A DNA stretch of 64,000 nucleotides from the NCBI GenBank assembly GCA_002269645.1, contig NIVC01002999.1, positions 62,001-126,000 of the forward strand, read 5' to 3'. This DNA is from Macrostomum lignano. Lineage: Eukaryota. This document shows, in pieces, positions 59,385 to 64,000 of this stretch. The position numbers were made by a program, and so were the translations under genes. Every line of letters starts with the position of its first letter. The first letter of the stretch is position 1. The notes beneath the pieces are model-generated. The model had not been told where the DNA came from and ran no database searches. It saw only the letters and a list, made by a program, of their open reading frames with translations.

Positions 59385-62300
59385 TCAGAGACGCCAATAC
59401 GCAACATTTTCAGCGTGCTCATTAGAGCCCAGATGATCCTCCAATTCTTTCAGGTCGTGCAGAAACAGGCCGGCATTGCCGCACGAGTCGTAGCACACCG
59501 GACAGACAAAAGCCCAGCCATCGTCGCGTCGCGATTGTACAGCCCGATTCAGGCACTGCAGTTGATCGTTTAGAAACTGTCGCCATCGCAGTACCCAGGC
59601 ATCCCAACCGGATTTGTTATAATTGGCGTTGGCGCCGTTATCAGGCAATAACTGGCCACCGGCACTGGTAGCTAACAGTCTACCCTTATTCGCGCCAATA
59701 TCCTGAATGGCATTGTGCAGCGAATACATGGAGCAATTGGCAATCTGGTTTGTAGGCGTGCCCATAGTTACGCCAAGCCGGCGAGGCCAGCCCCAGTAGT
59801 CGGCATTCGGACCGGCTGTCTCGAGTGTTTTTGGCACCAGAGGATAAGCGGTCTTGAAGAATAGCTGACGCAATAGACTGCGCAGCATGTTCTGGCGATT
59901 GCGCAGATTAACAAGATCGCATTCCACCAGTTGCAGACTGCTGCTGCCGCCGCTGGTAAAGTGTTTGTGGGGGGGGGGGGTGTAGCTCAAGTAAATGTGA
60001 GATTCACAGACGACCCCTTTTGGCCCTTAGTGACGAATTCTCGAGGGAAACTTCTACCCTAGCAGCTTGAGGTAATTATGGTCATTCCGCTGACTGCAAA
60101 CACGCACTCATACACACGCTCACACAGGGTGTACAACAACCATCAAGGCCAATGTTTAGTCAACACAATCCACACAAGACATCTTATGCTGCCTTGCCGC
60201 GTATGGAATAGGTATTTAGCAACAAATAAATAAATATATTTTTTAAATAAAACACTACTGCATGTAGCTTTTGACCCTTTAGTCACTACATTGTTCATTA
60301 TTTAAGAAAAATGATGTTCAAAGCAAAAAAGAATCCACCTTCAGAGCCCAAGATTTCACATCCATCCTCTATGAGCTTTGGCATCAAAGCATCTAAGCGT
60401 CCTTTATGAGCCACAGCATTTCAGCGATTCCCCCCATGAGCCTTGACATCTTAGCAATTCCACCTATGAGCCTTGACATCTTAGCAATTCCACCTATGAG
60501 CCTTGACATCTTAGCAATTCCCCCCATGAGCCTTGACATCTTAGCAATTCCACCTATGAGCCTTGACATCTTAGCAATTCCACCTATGAGCCTTGACATC
60601 TTAGCAATTCCACCTATGAGCCTTGACATCTTAGCAATTCCCCCCACGAGACACGAGTCTTGTGCTTAAATTGCTCCTCACATACCTATAATATTTAATT
60701 ATGTTTCTGACATCAGTTGTACAAAGTATCTGCAGAGCAACTGACTTACCGATCGCCAAGCATAAAATTAGCCTGCATTCGAATTTGATTAACTCGAACT
60801 AGATCAGAATTGTCCAACAGCACATCCGGCTGTACTAATAAATCGTGCGCCGGATCAACTGGCTGGCCATCGATAGCGCCCATGCCGCACAGGAAGCCGG
60901 TGTAGTGCGTGAGGCCATGCGGATTGCACCGCGGCTCCATCTGGGGTGCGAACAGCAGGCACAGAAGCGCAGGCAGGCCCGGTATATGGGGAAACAAAGT
61001 CGTATGACTCAGCACTAATCGATTCTGATTCTTCGAATCGAGCATCACGGAGCCGGCAATGAGCAGCCGGTCTGTTGGATTCTGCGGCTCGGGATCGATG
61101 GCAACAGAATTGACGGAATCCGCATCCAGACCGATCTGTTTCCGCCTGTAACTGTTGCATAGGCCGCGAAATTTCATCTCAAACGGATGGCTAGGGCCGC
61201 GCGGCGTGAAATAGCCCCGGCCGAATACTGGCGCCCCAGCGGTCAGCTCGAAATTTCGAACTAGCACGTCGAGTTCGGACCGATCGAATAGCCGACCGTA
61301 ACTGCCATTGCCGCCAGAGGTGGAGGCGGCGGAATTAGTCTTGCCATGGCTGGTTGTGAATGTCCGCCTACGATGGCTATTATCACGACGGGACTCGTAG
61401 CATTCCGTGGCGGATTCGGCCAGCGACAGGTCGAAGCCGTCCTGTATACGGGGCGCACCGATTCGGCGAAGTATTTCGGACAGAGTGGCCGACGCCCAGT
61501 CCGGCATGTTGCGACAGGCCGAGCCCTGTAGAGTTGACGGGTTATAAATATAGGTGATACCACGGGGCCTGTGATACCCTGATATCCTTCAGTGTGACTG
61601 TGATACCCTGATATCCTTCAGTGTGACTGTGATACCCTGATATCCTTCAGCGTGCCTGTGATACCCTGATATCTTTCAGTGTGTCTGTGATACCCTGATA
61701 TCCTTCAGTGTGACTGATACCCTGATATCCTTCAGTGTGACTGATACCCTGATATCCTTCAGTGTGACTGATACCCTGATATCCTTCAGTGTGTCTGTGA
61801 TACCCTGATATCCTTCAGTGTGTGCCTGTGATACCCTGATATCCTTCAGTGTGTGCCTGTGATACCCTGATATCCTTCAGTGTGTGTCTGTGATACCCTG
61901 ATATCTTTCAGTGTGTCTGGATACCCTGATATCTTTCAGTGTGTGCCTGTGATACCCTGATATCCTTCAGTGTGACTGTGATACCCTGATATCTTTCAGT
62001 GTGTCTGTGATACCCTGATATCCTTCAGTGTGACTGATACCCTGATATCCTTCAGTGTGACTGATACCCTGATATCCTTCAGTGTGTGCCTGTGATACCC
62101 TGATATCCTTCAGTGTGTGTCTGTGATACCCTGATATCTTTCAGTGTGTCTGGGATACCCTGATATCTTTCAGTGTGTGCCTGTGATACCCTGATATCCT
62201 TCAGTGTGACTGTGATACCCTGATATCTTTCAGTGTGTCTGTGATACCCTGATATCCTTCAGTGTGACTGATACCCTGATATCCTTCAGTGTGACTGATA

Positions 62301-63965
62301 CCCTGATATCCTTCAGTGTGTCTGTGATACCCTGATATCCTTCAGTGTGTCTGTGATACCCTGATATCCTTCAGTGTGTGCCTGTGATACCCTGATATCC
62401 TTCAGTGTGTCTGTGATACCATGATATCATTCAGTGTGTGCCTGTGATACCCTGATATCCTTCAGTGTATGCCTGTGATACCCTGATATCCTTTAGTGTG
62501 CCTGTGATACCCCGATATCTTTCAGAGCGTGATCCCTAATCGTTCAGGAGTGACATTGGGAGTGATACACCAGCGAAAATACACCTGGAGAAAATGCCTA
62601 CCTGCACTAAAATCATGTTAAGAGTTGGAACTTCGTCGTCAATAAGGGCTGTTTTGTCCTTAATCATGCTGACTCGAACGCGCACAACGTCGCAAACAAT
62701 CGAGAAAATACGGCAGTGAACTAGCAGCTTGTCTGTTCTGCTGTGAATGGTAGAAAATAGCCTGCTACTGAGAATCTTTTTAAACAGGCTAGACTCTTTG
62801 CAGGTCCATTCGCCGTCAAAGTGAGTGAATCCGCGAGGCTTAATTTCGGCTAGTTTGATTTCGACAGCCAACGGAGGGTACTCTCGCAGATTTTCGGGCA
62901 TGCTGCATAATTCATTGACAAGCACGCTGCCAGTGTTGCCGTAGTCGATAAATCTGACCAGAATTTTGCCAGCCTGCGGCGCGCCGAGCACGCAGCAGCG
63001 ATAATAGTCTCCTTGGTAGGGAGCCAAAGCCATGAGTCCGACAAATGGCTCACTACTCAATCGAGTTTTAGTGCAATTCTGCAGCTGATTTAGCATCTCG
63101 TGCTCCATGCCAAAGAAATCTTTCGGAATGCCGTAAAAGTGCCCAACATTTACAACATGTGTTGGTTCGACAAAAAAATTTTGTTCTGAACCAAGACAGG
63201 CAAGTGGCGATTTTGGCCCATCATTAGCCGCACCGGCAGCGAGTCGGTCGGTCTCTTGGAGTAGAACTCCTGCAAGACCGACATGAACTTGCTGCGCTGA
63301 TTGGCATCTCGATAGCGCAAACGAAAGACGGCCATTTTTCCGGCCTTCAGCGCCAGCAGTACCGACGGATGAATTCGGCCAACCAAGGAAGGCAGGCCGC
63401 AGGCCGTGTCAGGATTAGACTTGGCCTCGGTGTCCATGACGTGCTCAACGTCGAAGCTGACAAAACATTTTGAATTCTCACTGGATACGCTAGGCTCGCC
63501 GAGCACTTTGTGCATGCAATATTTTTTAACTAAATCGGCTAATTGGCGACGATATAAATCGCCTTCGTTAAGCGGAAATCGCGCTAAACATGACCGTATT
63601 GCTAGGATCATGGCCGGCAAACTCTTTACTGGCGCCAGTCTCTCCGTAGGCGGACGTGTCTCTAATAAAGAAATTTGGATAGAAGGCGCCAGCCAGTACG
63701 ATCGGCAATAAAATTTTGTCAACTTCGTCTTGCGGTTCCTTGGCGTTGGCGCCTTGACGCGAATTGGTTGGACGAATGTTAAATTTTTCTAATCGGCGAA
63801 GCAAATCAGTGTGCAAACTTTCTACTTCTTTTAACGCCCTCGGATCAATAAATTTGGTCCGGCACCAGCGAATCACTTCCATATCGGAATGGAAAACGCC
63901 CGATTGGCGATTCTGTAGAAAATTCTTAAATGCGCTGCACATTGCGACGCTGTCCGAGCAAGAGC
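59385..63965 (-). CDS. TDRD9: TDRD9/spindle-E DExH-box helicase-Tudor protein, 3' part (last three exons); two single-base frameshifts in the first exon shown
   Basis: Exons 63965-62602, 61525-60750 and 59952-59385 with compatible phases (0, 2). Motifs SDSVAMCSAF, LAGAFYPNFF, GHDPSNTV, THVVNVGHFYG, Tudor LAPYQGDYYRC...VRFIDYGN, GPSHPFEM, SVNSV, PHIPGLPALLCLLFAP, YTGFLCGMG, and a C-terminal C2H2-like finger CPVC...HLGSNEH. Confidence 0.9.
60400..60650. repeat. 30-bp minisatellite (ATGAGCCTTGACATCTTAGCAATTCCACCT)n in the last TDRD9 intron
   Basis: About 8 units, similar to repeats at 3625-3735 and (reverse complement) 10385-10630. Confidence 0.92.
61570..62520. repeat. 27-33-bp minisatellite (TGTGATACCCTGATATCCTTCAGTGTGAC)n in a TDRD9 intron
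   Basis: About 31 units. Confidence 0.95.
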
Positions 63966-64000
63966 CTTGTGAGTAGATTAGTTTTTCCTCAAATGAGTAG

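Noticed and set aside
59969-59980. Poly-G run as a G-quadruplex or regulatory site
   Set aside because: On the coding strand it is the poly-C pyrimidine tract of the TDRD9 last-exon acceptor.

Overview
Eukaryotic (metazoan) genomic DNA: spliced GC-rich exons, GT-AG introns packed with minisatellites, TTAGGG repeats and many transposons. The style is most consistent with a flatworm such as Macrostomum lignano (inference, not provable from this window). From left to right: (1) 1-10378, the 3' part of a Ty3/Gypsy LTR retrotransposon (pol, two unknown accessory ORFs behind a possible internal promoter, 3' LTR), with pol split by a 3.2 kb non-autonomous Helitron-like element; (2) 10379-13420, a head-to-tail array of three related Helitron-like elements carrying different satellites; (3) 13.8-20.2 kb, decayed Crypton-like, 2A/PHD LINE and hAT fragments; (4) 20444-34625, a 10-exon ~1260-aa all-ankyrin-repeat gene with a minisatellite in every intron; (5) 40534-41609, a multi-copy neuropeptide-type precursor (11 x AAL[A/S]DF-type peptides plus KR, His-rich segment, C-terminal Cys pair) that I cannot assign to a known family; (6) 46663-52344, two tandem ABHD17-family depalmitoylase paralogs with a gene-conversion tract; (7) 52.4-59.3 kb, a SINE/MITE-rich intergenic region; (8) 59385-63965, the last three exons of a TDRD9/spindle-E piRNA helicase gene with two compensating single-base frameshifts. 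Exon joins were checked by hand for GT-AG and phase. No database searches were run.
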